Assembly: GCA_964016885.1 (NCBI GenBank) | Contig: OZ024743.1 | Span: 91,264,001-91,328,000 of the forward strand | Direction of reading: 5' to 3' | Length of the DNA stretch: 64,000 nucleotides | Source of the DNA: Eledone cirrhosa | Lineage: Eukaryota | In this document: in pieces, positions 12,020 through 26,139 of the stretch | How positions within the stretch are numbered: the stretch's first letter is position 1 | How the letters are laid out: each line of letters starts with the position of its first letter | The notes under the pieces: model-generated | Told to the model about the DNA's origin: nothing | The model's input: the letters and a program-made list of their open reading frames with translations, nothing else | Database searches by the model: none | Position numbers and translations under genes: made by a program

Positions 12020-12659
12020 TCATTTAAAAAAAATCAGAGCCACTGGCCTTCTTGACGGGTTGCCTTCACTATGCTTGCAAAGTCCATGTCTGCCTCATGA
12101 GGTCATTAACCGGTTCGCACAATAGCGAATTGACATTCATGACGTAGGAGGATATGTGTGTGTGTAAGTGTATAAGGAAAAGGCAGGAATGCAAAGCCAT
12201 GTCTACCAAACAGCTAGTCGTAAGGTGGTGGATAGGGGGTGAGTGGGAGAGATGTGGAGTCAGCATCTGAAAGAGATAGGTAGATAGCTAGATATTGGGA
12301 TAAATAGATGAAAGGTTAAATAAAAAAAACTAAGAAATATCATTGGTCTTAGCTTTAAGATCTAAATCCTCCATATCATAGGCAGGTTGGAGACTTCTGC
12401 GAGAAGGAGGTAAAAACAGTTCACTGTGGGCTGGTTTGATGGTGATTGGGAGACAGCATAGAGCAGGAGTTGAAAGTTTGCAAAGTGGATGTCACATTTT
12501 AAAAAGCATGGTAATAACATAAAATGAATGAGTGGGGATTTAAGGAAACTGATAAATAGCTGAAAGCTTAAAAAAATAAGGAAGAGAGAACTTTGCACAG
12601 GAGTAATCGAGAGGAAGAGTGCCAAGGATATAAACCGTTTCCACTCAAAGTAAGAATCC

Positions 12660-13245
12660 ATAGGCGTGATTGATAGCTTCTGCTATCTAGGTAACTTAAT
12701 TAACAGCGGAGGAGTGTGCACTGAGAGTATAATAGCTAGAATAAGGATAGGATGGAAGAAGTTTAGAGAGCTACTCCCACTGTTGACAAGAAAAAGTTTC
12801 TAAGTACAAAAGGACTGCTGTATGTGAAGAGCTGCATGGTTGTGAAACATAGGCTGTGATTGTAGAGGACATGTGTAGACTGAAAATAAATGAAGAAACC
12901 ATGCTTCATTGGATGTGCAATGTAAGTGTGAGAGAAAGGCAGTGCTTGGATCAGTTGAAAGAGAAACTGAGTTTTAAGAGGAATCTGAGGTGTACAAAAG
13001 AGAAGACTGCATTGGTATGGACAATGATCTTTGGGTGAAGAAGTCCCAGGAAATCCCAGTGGAAGGAAGCCACAGTAGAGGTAGACAAAGAAAGACCTGG
13101 GCTGAGGTTGCGAGAGCTGACCTCAAATTACTGAGACTCACAGAGGAGATGATGTAGGAACTCGACAAATGGGAAAATGTGTTGAGAAGGACCCATGCAA
13201 TCCCTACAAGCATGGAAAAACGGATGTAAAAATGATGATGATGAT
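12660..13245 (+). mobile_element. Decayed RTE LINE 3' part
   Basis: IDSFCYLG...GGVCTESIIARIRIGWKKFREL; MLHWMCNV; CCCATGC...GGATGTAAAATGATG tail. Confidence 0.8.
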
Positions 13246-13449
13246 ATATATATATATATATATATAACATAATATGAGAAGTTAGATAAGCACAAGCATT
13301 AATATTTATAGACTGTAACTGAGGCGGAAAACATGAAAAATAGGAGCAGATAAAATGTAATAAAATAAAAAAACAAAAAAACATGCAGTTACAGATAAAT
13401 GAAATACAGTGAAAAATCACATATATATATACGGTTAGAATTAACAACG

Positions 13450-14895
13450 AATATAGTGAAGAGTTTAGCGTAAAAGTTGGTGTTCATCAGGGCTCCGTCC
13501 TTAGCCCCTCCTATTTATTATTGCCCTCCAAGCTATAACGGAGGAGTTCAAGACCGGCTGCCCATGGGAACTTCTATACGCAAATGATCTAACACTCATA
13601 GCCGAATCAATGGCTGAACTAGAGAAGAAATTCCAAACATGGAAGCATGGCCTAGAATCAAAAGGCCTTAAAGTTAACTTGTCTAAGACTAAAATCCTAA
13701 TATGTAGGAAGGAGAATAGGGCACTGGTCCCATCTGGGAAATGGCCATGCTCAGTGTGTAGGAAAAGAGTAGGCAGAAACTCCATTTTATGTCACAAATG
13801 CAAAGTATGGGTGCATAAAAGATGTAGTTGGATCACAGGTAAGCTAACTAAGAATATAGATTTTATATGAGGCCGGTGCTCTGGTGCAATAAGTAGCAGC
13901 AAATGCCCACAGAATACTAGCTCATTCCATTACCCAGATGGTTCTATAGAAATAGTGGACACCTTCCGTTACCTGGGTGACAAAATCAGCAGTGGTGGAG
14001 GGTGCTCCGAAAGTACTGTAGCTAGAGTCCGAATGGGATGGAAAAAGTTCAGAGAGCTTATACCACTATTGGCCGCTAAAGGTTTCTCTCTAAAAATAAA
14101 AAGCAGGCTGTATGATGCATACAGCGATGTTACATGGCAGTGAGACCTGGGCATTGTGTGCAGAGGATATACGCAGACTGGAGAGGAACGAAACATCCAT
14201 GCTCCGTTGGATGTGTAATAGTAATATATGTGAACGGCAAAGCATAAATGAACTAAGTGAGAAATTAGGAATAAGAGGGATCAGATGCTGTTTACTCGAA
14301 AGAAGACTACGTTGGTATGGTCACGTGATGCACATGAAAGACGACAGCTGTATAAAAAAGTGCAGGGCGATCAAAATAGACGGTAGCTACGGAGTAGGCA
14401 GACCCAGAAAAACCTGGGACGACTTGATAAAATCCGACCTCACACACTTACACCTCTCCAAGACAATGTCACTGGACCGAGATCTTTGGCGCTACAGAAG
14501 ACCCGCCTTGCCTAAGTACAAAGCGAAACCTACAGTCAGTATTCACCTCTTAACCAAAATATACCCCCGTCCCACTAACCCTACCCCCATCGCCATCTAC
14601 ACTACCCCTTTCGATGTAAAGCTATGTTGGTACCACAACATCCAGTCCTAAATAAATGAGGTTGTGTAGGTGTCACGACAAAAAAACACACAGTCCACGC
14701 TGTAATGTGGCCATGTAGGTAACACGGTAAAAACCTCCCAGTCCACACTGTAAACGTGGTTGGTGTTAGGAAGGGCATCCAGCCATAGAAAACCCGCCAG
14801 ACAGTCCTGAGCAAGACAACCAATCTTGCCTCAAGTGGGACAATTCCCGTCCAGACCCATGCTAGCGTGGAAGATGGATGTTAAACGATGATGAT
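13450..14895 (+). mobile_element. 5'-truncated RTE LINE (RT, PHD-like finger, 3' tail). 3' part repeated at 22638-23025
   Basis: VGVHQGSVLSP...CPWELLYANDL, GLKVNLSKTK, FRYLGD, RRLRWYGHV and GRPRKTW motifs with frameshifts; (GAT)n tail. Confidence 0.9.
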
Positions 14896-15289
14896 GATAT
14901 ATATATATATATATATATATATCATCATCATCATCATTTCATTTTACGTCCACTTTTTCCCTGCTTGCAAGGGTGGGACGGGAACTGATTCTGGCTTGAT
15001 TTCTACAGCTGAATGCCCAACCTCATTTACAGTGAGTGCTGGGTGCTTTTTTGCCGTGGCACCTCCACGACCACTTTGCAGTGGAATGATATAGACCCCA
15101 GTTCCTATCATCTCATTTCTACAGCTGAGCAAACTGGAGCAATGTGAAATAAAGTGTCTTGCTCAAGGAAACAACACATCACCCGGTCTGAGAATTGAAC
15201 TCACAACCTTTCGATTGCAAGGCCAATTCTCTAACCACAAAGCCATGTGCCTCCATATATATATATGTATGTATGTGTGTGTGTGTGTG

Positions 15290-15530
15290 TGGCTTAGTGG
15301 TTAGGGTATTCAGCTCATGACTGGAAGGATGGGAGTTCAATTCTATGCTGTGTGTTGTGTCCTTAAGCAAGACATTTTTACTTCACGTTGCTCCAGTCCA
15401 CTCAGCAGGCAAAAGTGAGTTCCTGTAATTCAAAAGGACAGCTTTGTGACACAGCATATGCTGAATCTCCCTGAGAACTATGTTAATGATGCATATGTTT
15501 GCTCAGCCATTTGCACATTACCTTTGTGTC
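15290..15530 (+). mobile_element. tRNA-derived SINE family B (CORE-like). Other copies at ~15115-15250 (minus), 25120, 25560, 29945, 49415, 53330, 59150 and 59820-60115 (minus)
   Basis: GTGGCTTAGTGGTTAG A-box, GAGTTCAATT B-box and GTCCTTRAGCAAGACACTTTATTTCACGTTGCTCCAG core. Confidence 0.8.
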
Positions 15531-16350
15531 TTTCATTAGAAATATGGTAACAAAAGAGTTAAAGAAAAACAGGAATACAAAAGCTGATATACTTCTAGAC
15601 ACATTATACTTGAAATTAAGATGGGATGGTTGTGGTTGGAATGTCTTTGGTCATAGGCATTCTTACCCTGGGGTTAAATGACATCACATGAATATCTCAC
15701 AATCTAATGTCTTGTGTTTGCTTAAAATAGTAGCTGCTAGTATTAAATATTAAATTATTAATTGTTTGAAAGCTAATGAAGTTGTGTTTTCTACCATAAT
15801 GAAACTATTACAAATATGCAGTCTATCTTCTCTTGATATGTTGACAGCCCAATGGTAGCAGTTTGCTGGCTGTAATTAATAGCAATACTCTTAATTACCT
15901 TTTCTTGTTGAATATTGAGTTAATTGAAAGAACAGAAGATCATTAAATTTGGTTGAATGCAGAAGTGGTATTGGAATGATTAAAACATTAAGTAGCAAGG
16001 ACTCTTTAATTCACATCAAGGATAGGACAACCTCTCTAGTGTTGTCCTGTACACTCTGTAAAGTGGTTGGTGAGAGAAACGGTGCCATAAAAAGAAAATG
16101 GAATGAATTGAGTGAGATGTCCTCTCATCTATAAGGACTGATTAAGTATTGATTTGACCTGTAATGACCTGTCCAACCCATGCTAGCTTGAAAAAATAAT
16201 GTAAAATGATGTAACAGTGTCACTCTAAATGTCCATCTTACAACGTATTGAACCCATACCAGCATGGCAGATAGATGTAAAACAATGATGATGATGGTGG
16301 TGGTGGGGATTGAGTTATTCTGTTAAAAATATATCACATGTAATATTTAA

Positions 16351-16563
<213 letters not shown>

Positions 16564-16719
16564 TGAGTAGAGATGTCAACAACCTCCCCACCTTATAACA
16601 TTGTAATATCATATCTATCTATATTTTCTCTGTGTTACTTTAGCATGTGAGCTACCTCAATGTCCATAGTCTATGTAATAACTTGACCTGGATTTTGTAG
16701 TTGAGGTAGACATGTTAAA

Positions 16720-16925
16720 GTGTAAATGACCAGGTAGATGGCACACTGAACTGTAAATGACTATGTAGACCACATACTGAACTGAAAATGGTCTGGTACA
16801 CTGCACACTGAACTGTAAATGTGCAGGTAGACTGCACACCGAACTGTAAATGTTTTGGTGGGCTAGATGATAAATTATTAATGACCAGGTAGATTACATG
16901 CTAACTGTAAATTACTAGTTAGACC
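16720..16925. repeat. Degenerate ~31-bp tandem repeat (GTAGACTGCACACTGAACTGTAAATGACCAG-like), about 6 copies
   Basis: ACTGAACTGTAAATG recurs just downstream of exon 2. Confidence 0.8.
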
Positions 16926-17697
16926 ACACATCAAAGTAACACTGTTTCCTGTCTTATTGATACAATAATTGATATTGTGTAGGCCCAGGTCAACTCTGGT
17001 CAAGCTGAACAAACTAGATTCAATCCACACAATCATAGCTCTATATATGCTATAGCTATATCTAGTTGAGAACCATATACATTTTAATGTGGAGTGGTTA
17101 ATTCTATAAGGTGGTGTCAGACTAAATATACCCAGGTATTTGTTCCAGCACACTGCACAGTGAGTTCAAATCCCACCAAAATCAACTTTGCCTTTCATCC
17201 TATCAAAGTCAATAAAGTACCCCAGTCTAGTCCAGTACTGGGATTGATTCTGTTATTCCCCCACCTCTCTCTGAAAGAAATTGACTGTGTTTTCACCTGG
17301 AGAGAGATAGGCTTTGTCAGGTTTTAAAATGCCAAAGATATGCTGTGTGTTAGGATGGTGTCTCTACGACTACATCAGGAGGTAAGGGCCTTTACCCTAA
17401 TGTTAATTCTATGCTGTGCAGTATTGTGTGGAAATCATCATCATCGTTTTTACGTCAACTTTTCCATGTTAGCATGGGTTGGATGAGATTTATTGAGGTA
17501 ATGTTTTACAACCAGATGCCTTTCCTGATACTAACCCTTTTAATCACTTCTAATGTCATGCAAGGATACAGCATACATATTTTAAACCAGTTACACACAG
17601 AAAGTGGACATAAAATGATGATGATGATGAATTCACAGGTGACTGATTTTAATTACTATTTATTTATTTTTTGTTTTGCTTTCTTAAAACTTTGTAG

Positions 17698-17905
17698 AGT
17701 TGAAGGTGATGGTTATGTCCAGTATAAAGCAATGGTGATCTGTACAGGAATGCATTTACTTCTGCTGATGTTTGAGATTCTTGCCTGTGACAAACTGGAG
17801 AACAATACACATTCCTGGATCTTAGTATTCATTCCTCTCATATTCATGTCAGTTGTATCCATTGGCATCTGTATATGGGCTGTGAAGAATGAAAGATCAT
17901 TTGAG
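17698..17905 (+). CDS. TMEM185: TMEM185 coding exon 3 (VEGDGYVQYKAMVICTGMHLLLLMFEILACDKLE...KNERSFE)
   Basis: tttgtag acceptor and gtcagt donor; 208 nt; HLLLLMFE motif; lies within ORF 17411..17968. Confidence 0.95.
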
Positions 17906-18219
17906 GTCAGTAAACATAAAAACAACATAGTTTTTTTGTATTTAAAAACATATACATATACAGAGTGAGTGAAAATTCCCTTCCTAGTTTTCATCAAGAA
18001 TAATCATAACAAAAAAATTTCCAAGCAATCTATTGTCTTTATTTTTAAAAATAACATCATATAACATTTTTAACAGTGTTAAGAAAAATGTTAAAAATGA
18101 TCACCTTCCTTAGATATACACATATCAAGTCTCTTCATGAAATTGTTGAATGCAGCTTCAAGATGTTCTTTTGTTATTTTGATTAATGCAATTGATACAA
18201 TTTTCGGAGAGGAAGCTTA

Positions 18220-19250
18220 TAATAATAATAATAATAATGAAAATATTGTGTACAGTGCTCAGGTGCACTACAACTCATCAAAAGTGTATGTATATACATA
18301 GGGTAATGTACAAACGTCAGGAAAATGAACAGTGCATAAGTCATGATATACATGTGTGCATGTGTATGGAAGGAGGACATCAGGTGTAGTTTTGGCGAAT
18401 TTCGGGAAGCATGAGGGTTTTAAAAGATGCAGTGTCTCGGCAGCTAACAACTGACGCAGGCAGTTTGTTCCATGCTTCAGCAACTCTAAGCATGAAAAAA
18501 TGTTTCCGAAAGTCATGGGAGCTGTGCTGTTTTCTGACTTTGTAGGCATATCTACGTGTGTTAGACACATGGAGATCAAAAAGGTGCTCAGGGTTGTTGT
18601 TGGTAAGATGGTTAATAACTTTGTGGGTGTTTACCAAGTCCATTGCCAGACGTCGGAGCCTCAATGAATCCATGCCCAGGGAAGCAAGGCGTTCAGAGTA
18701 TGGTAGGTGTCTGATGGAGGGTATGCGCTTGCTTGCACGTCTCTGAACAGTTTCCAGGAGGTCAATGTTCTGAGCAAGATAGGGGTTCCAGACTGATGAT
18801 GCGAATTCCAAGTGTGGTCGTACCATAACTGTATACAGCTTTAAATAGACGGCTGGAGAGCGGCTAACAAAGGTCTTGCTGAGTGATGCCAAGACACCTC
18901 GGCCTTCTTGACAATCTTAGAGACAAGCTTTGTCCAACGCAAATGGCTGCTGACAGTAATGCCCAGGTCACATTCACAAGAGGACTTCTTGATATCAGTG
19001 TTGTGGAGGGAGTATGTGGACGCTGGTTTTTCCTCCCAAAATGCATGGTGGTATACTTGTCCACAGCCAGCTTCAGTTGCCAGTCTGTGATCCATTGCTG
19101 CATTGTGTCCAGGTCTGATTGTAGGAAAGAGTTATAGATTTCAGGATCTGTCCTTTTGATTTCAAGGTACAGCTTGATGTCATCTGTATATTTCAGTACC
19201 GTGGCATTCTTTAAGTTGGCATCTATGTCATTAATGTATGCAAACAAAAG
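18220..19250 (-). mobile_element. 5'-truncated CR1-clade LINE. Other fragments at 31595-32090 (minus), 32370-32757 (+) and 40712-40765 (+)
   Basis: YINDI...KYTDDIKLY, LYTVMVRPHLEFASSVWNP, LETVQRRA and FMLRVAEAWNKLP; (ATT)n tail. Confidence 0.92.
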
Positions 19251-20739
19251 CTTGTACAATAGACTTAATATGTCCCCAGAAATAAATATTCATTGGAGGA
19301 TCTTGGTGCCCAATGAATTGGGCCATTATTACCTATCCATCAGTTCCCAAAGTTTTCATTCAGATACTGTTTTACAATTAGCTACCAGTAACTGAGTGCA
19401 CCAGCGTGCATGTAAACTTGAGAAACATTGCATTTGTTTCAATTTTGGCAATGCAAATGATTTTAACATTTGGAAATAATCATTAGATTCTTTCTTCAGT
19501 TCACTACACATATAATAATGATGAAATCATTATTTATTTACTAATAAAAATTTATATAATTGGTAAATATTGTTAACCAGTCAAATTTCAATATTAGATG
19601 ATGTATGTCATAGTTGCATCCAAAATAAACTAGGGAGGGATTTTCCATACATCTGTTTAGTCACAGATCATGGCTGTGTGGTTAATGGGTTTGCTTCACA
19701 ACTAGTCGGTTCTGGGATCAGTCCCACTGCATAACTTCCCTGAGGAGGTGCACTATAAAAGAGCAAGATTCTATGTCATTAATGTGAAAAATACAAATTG
19801 AAATTCATAAGAAAGTTCACATATATATCTCTCAAAGTGGGGAACACAACCAAACTAAGAATGAAAATGTTGTGACAAAAACACCCAATGCATGCATGTT
19901 TCTCACAACTTTTCTTCATTTATTGATTAAAGAAGGAAGTACAAGTAATGTTTCTGTATTTTTAATTATCTATATTTCTATATTATCCTACACTAATATA
20001 TATAAATACTGCTTTTGAATACATTTTCAAATTTAGGTATAAAATGCACCTGAATATGTTTTATTGGTTCTAAAGTGTATTGTGAAAAGAAAAACTGTTT
20101 GGGAATGACTGCCTTGTGGTATATTTTTAGGTTCTTTGTATTCTGATTTTGCTTTCACTATCACTGGATAAAATTAGTGGTATAGAGATGGGAGACTTGC
20201 ATGCATGTACAACTGTTGGTCTTCCACAAAATACCTTGCCCAGACCTGTGCCTTGGACAGGCAATTTTCAGGTGCAGTTATATGGTCTTGTGAGATCTAC
20301 GGAGATTCCAGATTTTATTGATAAAAATTTATTTTTTTCAAACCTATTTATACTTAATTCTACATACTAATAATATATTTATTTTCATTAAATTTATTTA
20401 TTTTAATTTTATTATTTGTACCTTTAGGATGGTGGATTGGCAGAATTGGTAGAGAATCAGATAAAATATCATTGTGTTATTTGATCTGGCTCTTTACATT
20501 CAGATTTCAAATCCTGCCGATGTTAACTTTACCTTTCATCCTTTCAGGATGGATAAATTAAAGTACCAGTTAAATACTGGGGTTAATTTAATCAACATTC
20601 CCCTCCCCAAAATTGCTGGCCTTGCACCTAAAGTAGAAATTTTATTTTATTTATACTTCATTTTACATGCTAATCATATATTTATATTCATAACTTTTTA
20701 TTTTTAATTTTATTACTTGTACCTTTTATTTTAATATGA

Positions 20740-21845
20740 TAAGTGGTTCCCAACCTTCTCAACATCAAAGAATCCTTTATTTAACACACACTTTATTTTT
20801 TACCAAACTGCCTGAAACTACCTCTAATTTTGTGAATCAAAACTGTGAAAACCTTTGTTAAATTATTCTCCAAACATGAACAAGGTTTGATTAAGACCTT
20901 GGGGGGCTTGGGGTACTTCAGGTTTTGGGGCTCCTCATACATAAAAAATTACAATACACAGCAAACCTCCCAATTTTACACATCAAAGTTAGTTTGATGC
21001 AAGTAATTGGAATTGAAAAGTTATACATACAGGTATTAAATTAAAAAATTCTAACCATCCTAAAACTAAAAATCCTAGCCGAGCGCACAAATAAATTGCT
21101 ACGGCTGCCGCTGGTGGGACTCCCTACAGCAGGGGGCTCAAAACAATTGCCCCCTTTGCCCCCATTAAATCCGGCCCTGAACACAAATGGAGCCACGTGC
21201 TGTTGTTTGTCTGTGAGGCAGACTGGAAGCAGGGGAGGTGGTATTAGTCCAAGAAAGACTTGATCCTTGTGCAAGCTGAACTATATTTGATGTAATTCCA
21301 GTTGCATTGGTATCTGCCATATTAGGGGACCATGATACCATGAGCATCACAAACGGCAAGAACTGACACAAGTTCCTGGACTACATTGGGCTCCAGTGTG
21401 TTTGTAGAGAACCATATTGAGGGGTATGCAGCTGGAGATGATGGATGAAAGGTAGGCCAGCAGTGCAAAATCAGATGTTGAGCAGAAGGTGAGACTGTTA
21501 ATCTTCATGAGGTGTTAACCCTATAGTATTTACATTACTCTATATATACTATTGTATTTTCATGGTAAAGGCTTTACTTCACATAATTATCTCACATAAT
21601 ATCGAATCTATGAGATTTTGATATTATTTATTTTGAGAACAATACCTTAACATCAGTATGAGCAGCCAGTTACAGCTGGTTTGAATAGAAAGAGGTGAGA
21701 GAATTCTGGCCAGATATTGCCAGTTTAAATGCAAAAGGGTTATACCTGTTGCCAGCCCACAGACTCCTCACCTTTCCCTAGTACTATCTTTGCATTCTTA
21801 TAAGGGTCTGCAGAGCCCAAGTTGGGAACCAGTTGGGAACCATTG
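20740..21845. mobile_element. Nested DNA-transposon MITEs: outer hAT-like, inner hAT-like (20881-21179) and piggyBac-like (21515-21743)
   Basis: Outer ends GTGGTTCCCAACC...GTTGGGAACC. Inner element ends TTAAATCCGGCCCTG with an imperfect 8-bp TSD (AACATGAA/AACACAAA). The TTAA-CCCT...AGGG-TTA element recurs inverted at 47993-48208. Confidence 0.6.
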
Positions 21846-23535
21846 TTTTAGAAGTTTTTAAAAATATTTTTGTCTTTTTTTTTTACGTATATATTTTTTG
21901 TTCATATATATTGTTTCTGTATTCACAGTTTATATATTCTCATTATTTTGTCTCCAAACTTGTAAGTTTCTTTTTGATTTAGTTAAACCACTTATTTTCT
22001 GCTTCTTATATAGCTATATACTGCCATATTGCACATCATCTACAAATATCCTTCACCCTTTTCTATATATGACTTGCCAATATTTCACATGCTTTAATCC
22101 CAGACCTTCATGGTTATTTTGTATTTTAAATGCTGCTGTGCCATAGATATCCAATATAATTACATCAGAACAGTGATACATCCTTAATGACATTTTCAAT
22201 TGATTATTATTATCATCATTATTATTGGATTGGCAGAATCTGTAGAGCGTCAGACAACATGCTTAATGGCATAGAGTTGCGGTTCTTCACGTTCTGTGTT
22301 CAAATCCCGCCAAGGTTAGCTTTGCCTTTCATCCTTACGGGGTCGATAAAATAAAGTACCAGTAATGCACTAGAGTCGATTTAATTGACTTTCCGCTCCT
22401 CCAAAATATCTAGCCTTGTGACTATTGTAGAAATCATTATATTTTTGTTAAATATTTAAGGTGGAGTATATGTACACCTTGTAAGAAATTAAATTTTGCA
22501 GAGTGCGCAAATTCCTTTGCTTTCATTGTTTATATATTTTATATGTGCACACACACATGTATATGTATATATATATTATATATACATATACATATATTTT
22601 ATACATGTGTATATATTTCATATATATATATATATATATCGAGATCTTTGGCGCTATACAGTAATACAGAAGACCCGCCTTGCCTAAGTACAAAGCGAAA
22701 CCTACAGTCAGTAGGCACCTCTAACAAAAATACAACCCAGTCCCACCACCCCCACCCCATTTACACCACCCCTTTCGATGTAATGTTATGTTGGTACCAC
22801 AACATCCAGTCCGAAATAAATGTAGGTGTCACGAAAAAAAAAATACACAGTCCACGCTGTAATGTGGCTGTGTAGATAACACGGTAAAAACCTCCCAGTC
22901 CACACTGTAAACGTGGTTGGTGCTAGGAAGGGCATCCAGCCGTAGAAAACCCGCCAGACAGTCCTATACGAGCAAGACAACCAATCTTGCCTCAAGTGGG
23001 AAAACTCCCGTCCAAACCCATGCAAAAAAGCACCCAGCCCACACTAAAGTGGACGAGTAGGCACCACGGCAAAAAAGCACCCAGCACTCACTGTAAATGA
23101 GGTTGGTGTTAGGAAGGGCAGCCAGCTGTAGAAATCAAGCCAAAATCAGTTCCTGTATGAGCAAGGCATGGTCAGCCAACCAGACACTGCCCACAACAGG
23201 ACAACTCGTCTAACCCATGCTAGCGTGGAAGAACGGATGTAAAACGGTGATGATGATGATGATATATGTGTATATGATTTATTATATATATTGGCGGTGG
23301 ATTGGCAGTATCGGTGGAGGGTCGGACGCCATGCTTTCCAGCATAGTTACGCCCCTTTACGATCTGAGTTCAAATCCCGCCAAGGTTGACTTTGCCTTTC
23401 ATCCTTACGGGGTCGATAAAATAAAGTACCAGTAATGCACTGGGTAATTGCTGGCCTTGTGCCTAAAGTAGAAACAATTATATATATATATCATCATCAT
23501 CGTATATATAGATATATATACATGTATATATATTA

Positions 23536-23566
<31 letters not shown>

Positions 23567-24059
23567 GTGTATATATTATGTGTATATATATTTTATATAT
23601 GCATATATATTTTATATATATTATACTTGTGTGTATATATTATATGTGTATTTTGGTACTTTAGGATTAGAGTTAATATTTGAAATGTCTAAATGTTGTC
23701 CATTCTAAGAGATATGTTTACCTTTTCAGCTCTTCTCTTGTTTATTCATAATACCAAGTATTTACAGTAAATAAGCTAATGGATCATCATGTTATTTTGT
23801 TGTTATAAATTCAATATTTATATTTAAGATATAGTCAAATGTTTTTATGAATACATATATATTTTCTTCTCTCTTGTATATTATCATCATCATCATCGTT
23901 TTTACATCAACCTCTCAATTCTGGCATGGGTTGTATAGGACAGTTTGAGGCAATATTTTACAGCTGGATGCCCTGTTTGGCACTAATCCTTCTAGTGGAA
24001 ATGATACGTTATACCTATATTAAGCGCTTTTCATTCCAAGTTCTGTTTTTACAGTCAGA

Positions 24060-24830
24060 ACTTAATCTCTAGTTCTTCCATAGTTTCAGTTACGAGGACC
24101 AAATCATCAGTGTACAGAAGTTCCCATGGACAACCAGTTTGTTATAGCCTAGAGAACTATGATGAACAGATGTAGGCTGAAGACCAAGCCCTGATGAACT
24201 CCTACCTGGACCTTGAATTCCTCATGAAACTCATTTCCCACTCTCATTTTACTGACAACACCTCTGTACATGTCTTGTCCCGCTCTCACAAGCCACTCTT
24301 CTGCCCTAGTTACCTTAGGGGCCACCAAATAAAGATGAAGGTACTCTGTTAAAAGCCTTCTCAACAAAAGCTAAATATAGTAGCTTATTTTTGTTGAGGA
24401 ACTTCTCTTGTAGTTGTCTCACTAGGAGGACATCTGTAGTACTTTTCCCAGGCATAAAACTGGATTGCATCTCATCTAACTTTACTTTTTCCCTAATTAG
24501 CTGTGCTAGAACTCTTTCCATCACTTTCATAACTTGATCCATTAGTTTCATTCCTCCATAGTTGCTCCTTTTTAGAGCTTCACATTTTTCCTTGTAGCAA
24601 TTAACGAGTGTACTGTTGTACCATTCCTTGAGAATGACATCATCCTGTATTACCTGATTAACTATGTGGGTGACTAGTTCAGCTCCTACTTCTTCCGATA
24701 CTTTAAGCATCTCAGCGACTAACTCTGACAGTCCTGCAGTTTTACCATTCTTCATGTCTTTGATTGCTACTTTGACCCTATTACTGTCAATATCGATAGC
24801 TGGTCCCTCTGTTTGGTCGGATGGTGGCAG
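24060..24830 (-). mobile_element. RTE LINE RT fragment
   Basis: MKNGKTAG..., KRSNYGGMKL, FMPGKSTTD, LYLAFVEKAFNRVP and VGVHQG. Confidence 0.9.
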
Positions 24831-25882
24831 TCACCCAGCTTTTCATAGTAACAATATATATATTCATTATTTTATGTCTACTTTCTCTGCCAGCATAGGT
24901 TGGATAATTTATGGTCCAAGACTAGATAGGTTAGAACACTGTATCTTACTCATATGTTCCATATTTTGGCATAGTTTCTACAGCTGGATGGCCTTCCTAT
25001 TACCAACCACTTAATAGAGTGTATTGGGTGCATTTCATCATGACACCAGTACTACCACTTTACAGAGTGTACTGGCTACATGGCATCAGACGTGTGTGTG
25101 TGTATATATATATTGTGAAGGCATGTGGTTAGAGAATTGGATTCGCAATCATGAGGTTGTGAGTTCGATTCCTGGACCGGGTGATGCATTATGTCCTTGA
25201 GCAAGACACTTTATTTCACGTTGCTCCTTCTACCTGGAGTTGCGACCAATAGATAGTATTAGCAATTGGATAGACCAGCGGAAACATTGTTTCCTCGGTC
25301 CGATTTGACGAAAGTCGATCGACTGTCGATATATATATGTATTGTGGTTGGTGATAAGAAGAGCACCCAGTTGTAAAAACCAAACCATGCAGAAACGAGT
25401 ATATGTAAGCAAGATGTGGCCCCCACCCATTCTGGAGGACAGTAGCGCCAATTATCTTCAGACTTCGTTTGTGATGACCCATACAACCCTGTCAGCAGGG
25501 AAAATGGACATTAAATGATGATGATGTGTGTATGTATATATATACATATATATATATATATCAGACTGGATGATGTGTTGTTTCCTTGAGAAAGACACTT
25601 TATTTCACATTGCTCCAGTTTACTCAGCTGTAGAAATGAGATGATAGGGACTGGGGTCCATATCATTCCACTGCAAAGTGGTCATGGAGGTGCCACGGCA
25701 AAAAAAGCACCCAGCCCACACTGTAAAGTGGACGTGTAGGCGCCATGGAAAAAATGCATCCACCACTCACTGTAAATAAGGTTGGTGTTAGGAAGGGCAT
25801 CCAGCTGTAGAAATCAAGCTAGAATCAGTTCCCGTCCCACCCTTGCAAGCAGGGAAAAGCGGATGTAAAATGATGATGATGA

Positions 25883-26101
25883 TACACGAGAGGGTGCTGA
25901 AAAGTTCCTGGCATGATTGCTACTACAGAGGCCTAGCTGGAGGCCCAACATTCTGAGTTCTATTTATAGGGCTTAGAAAAACGGAAGGTCTGCTACAATA
26001 AGTGTGTGAATCTGAGAGGGGAATATGTTGAATAAAATCATAATTAACTGATTGTCCTGTATTTTCTTTTACCCAAAGCGAGGAACTTTTCAGCACCCCC
26101 T

Positions 26102-26107
<6 letters not shown>
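25883..26107 (+). mobile_element. mariner-derived MITE
   Basis: ~30-bp TIRs TACACGAGAGGGTGCTGAAAAGTTCCT / AGGAACTTTTCAGCACCCCCTTGTGTA. The interior keeps a transposase C-terminus, KCVNLRGEYVE*. A solo TIR lies at ~26277-26300. Confidence 0.85.

Positions 26108-26139
<32 letters not shown>

Noticed and set aside
17411-17968. 185-aa single-exon membrane protein ORF
   Set aside because: Only 17698-17905 is TMEM185 exon; the rest is intronic read-through. The same applies to 34457..34783.
25295-25330. TTGACGA-AAGTCGATCGACT palindrome as a hammerhead half
   Set aside because: No GAAA or stem I partner; too short to support.
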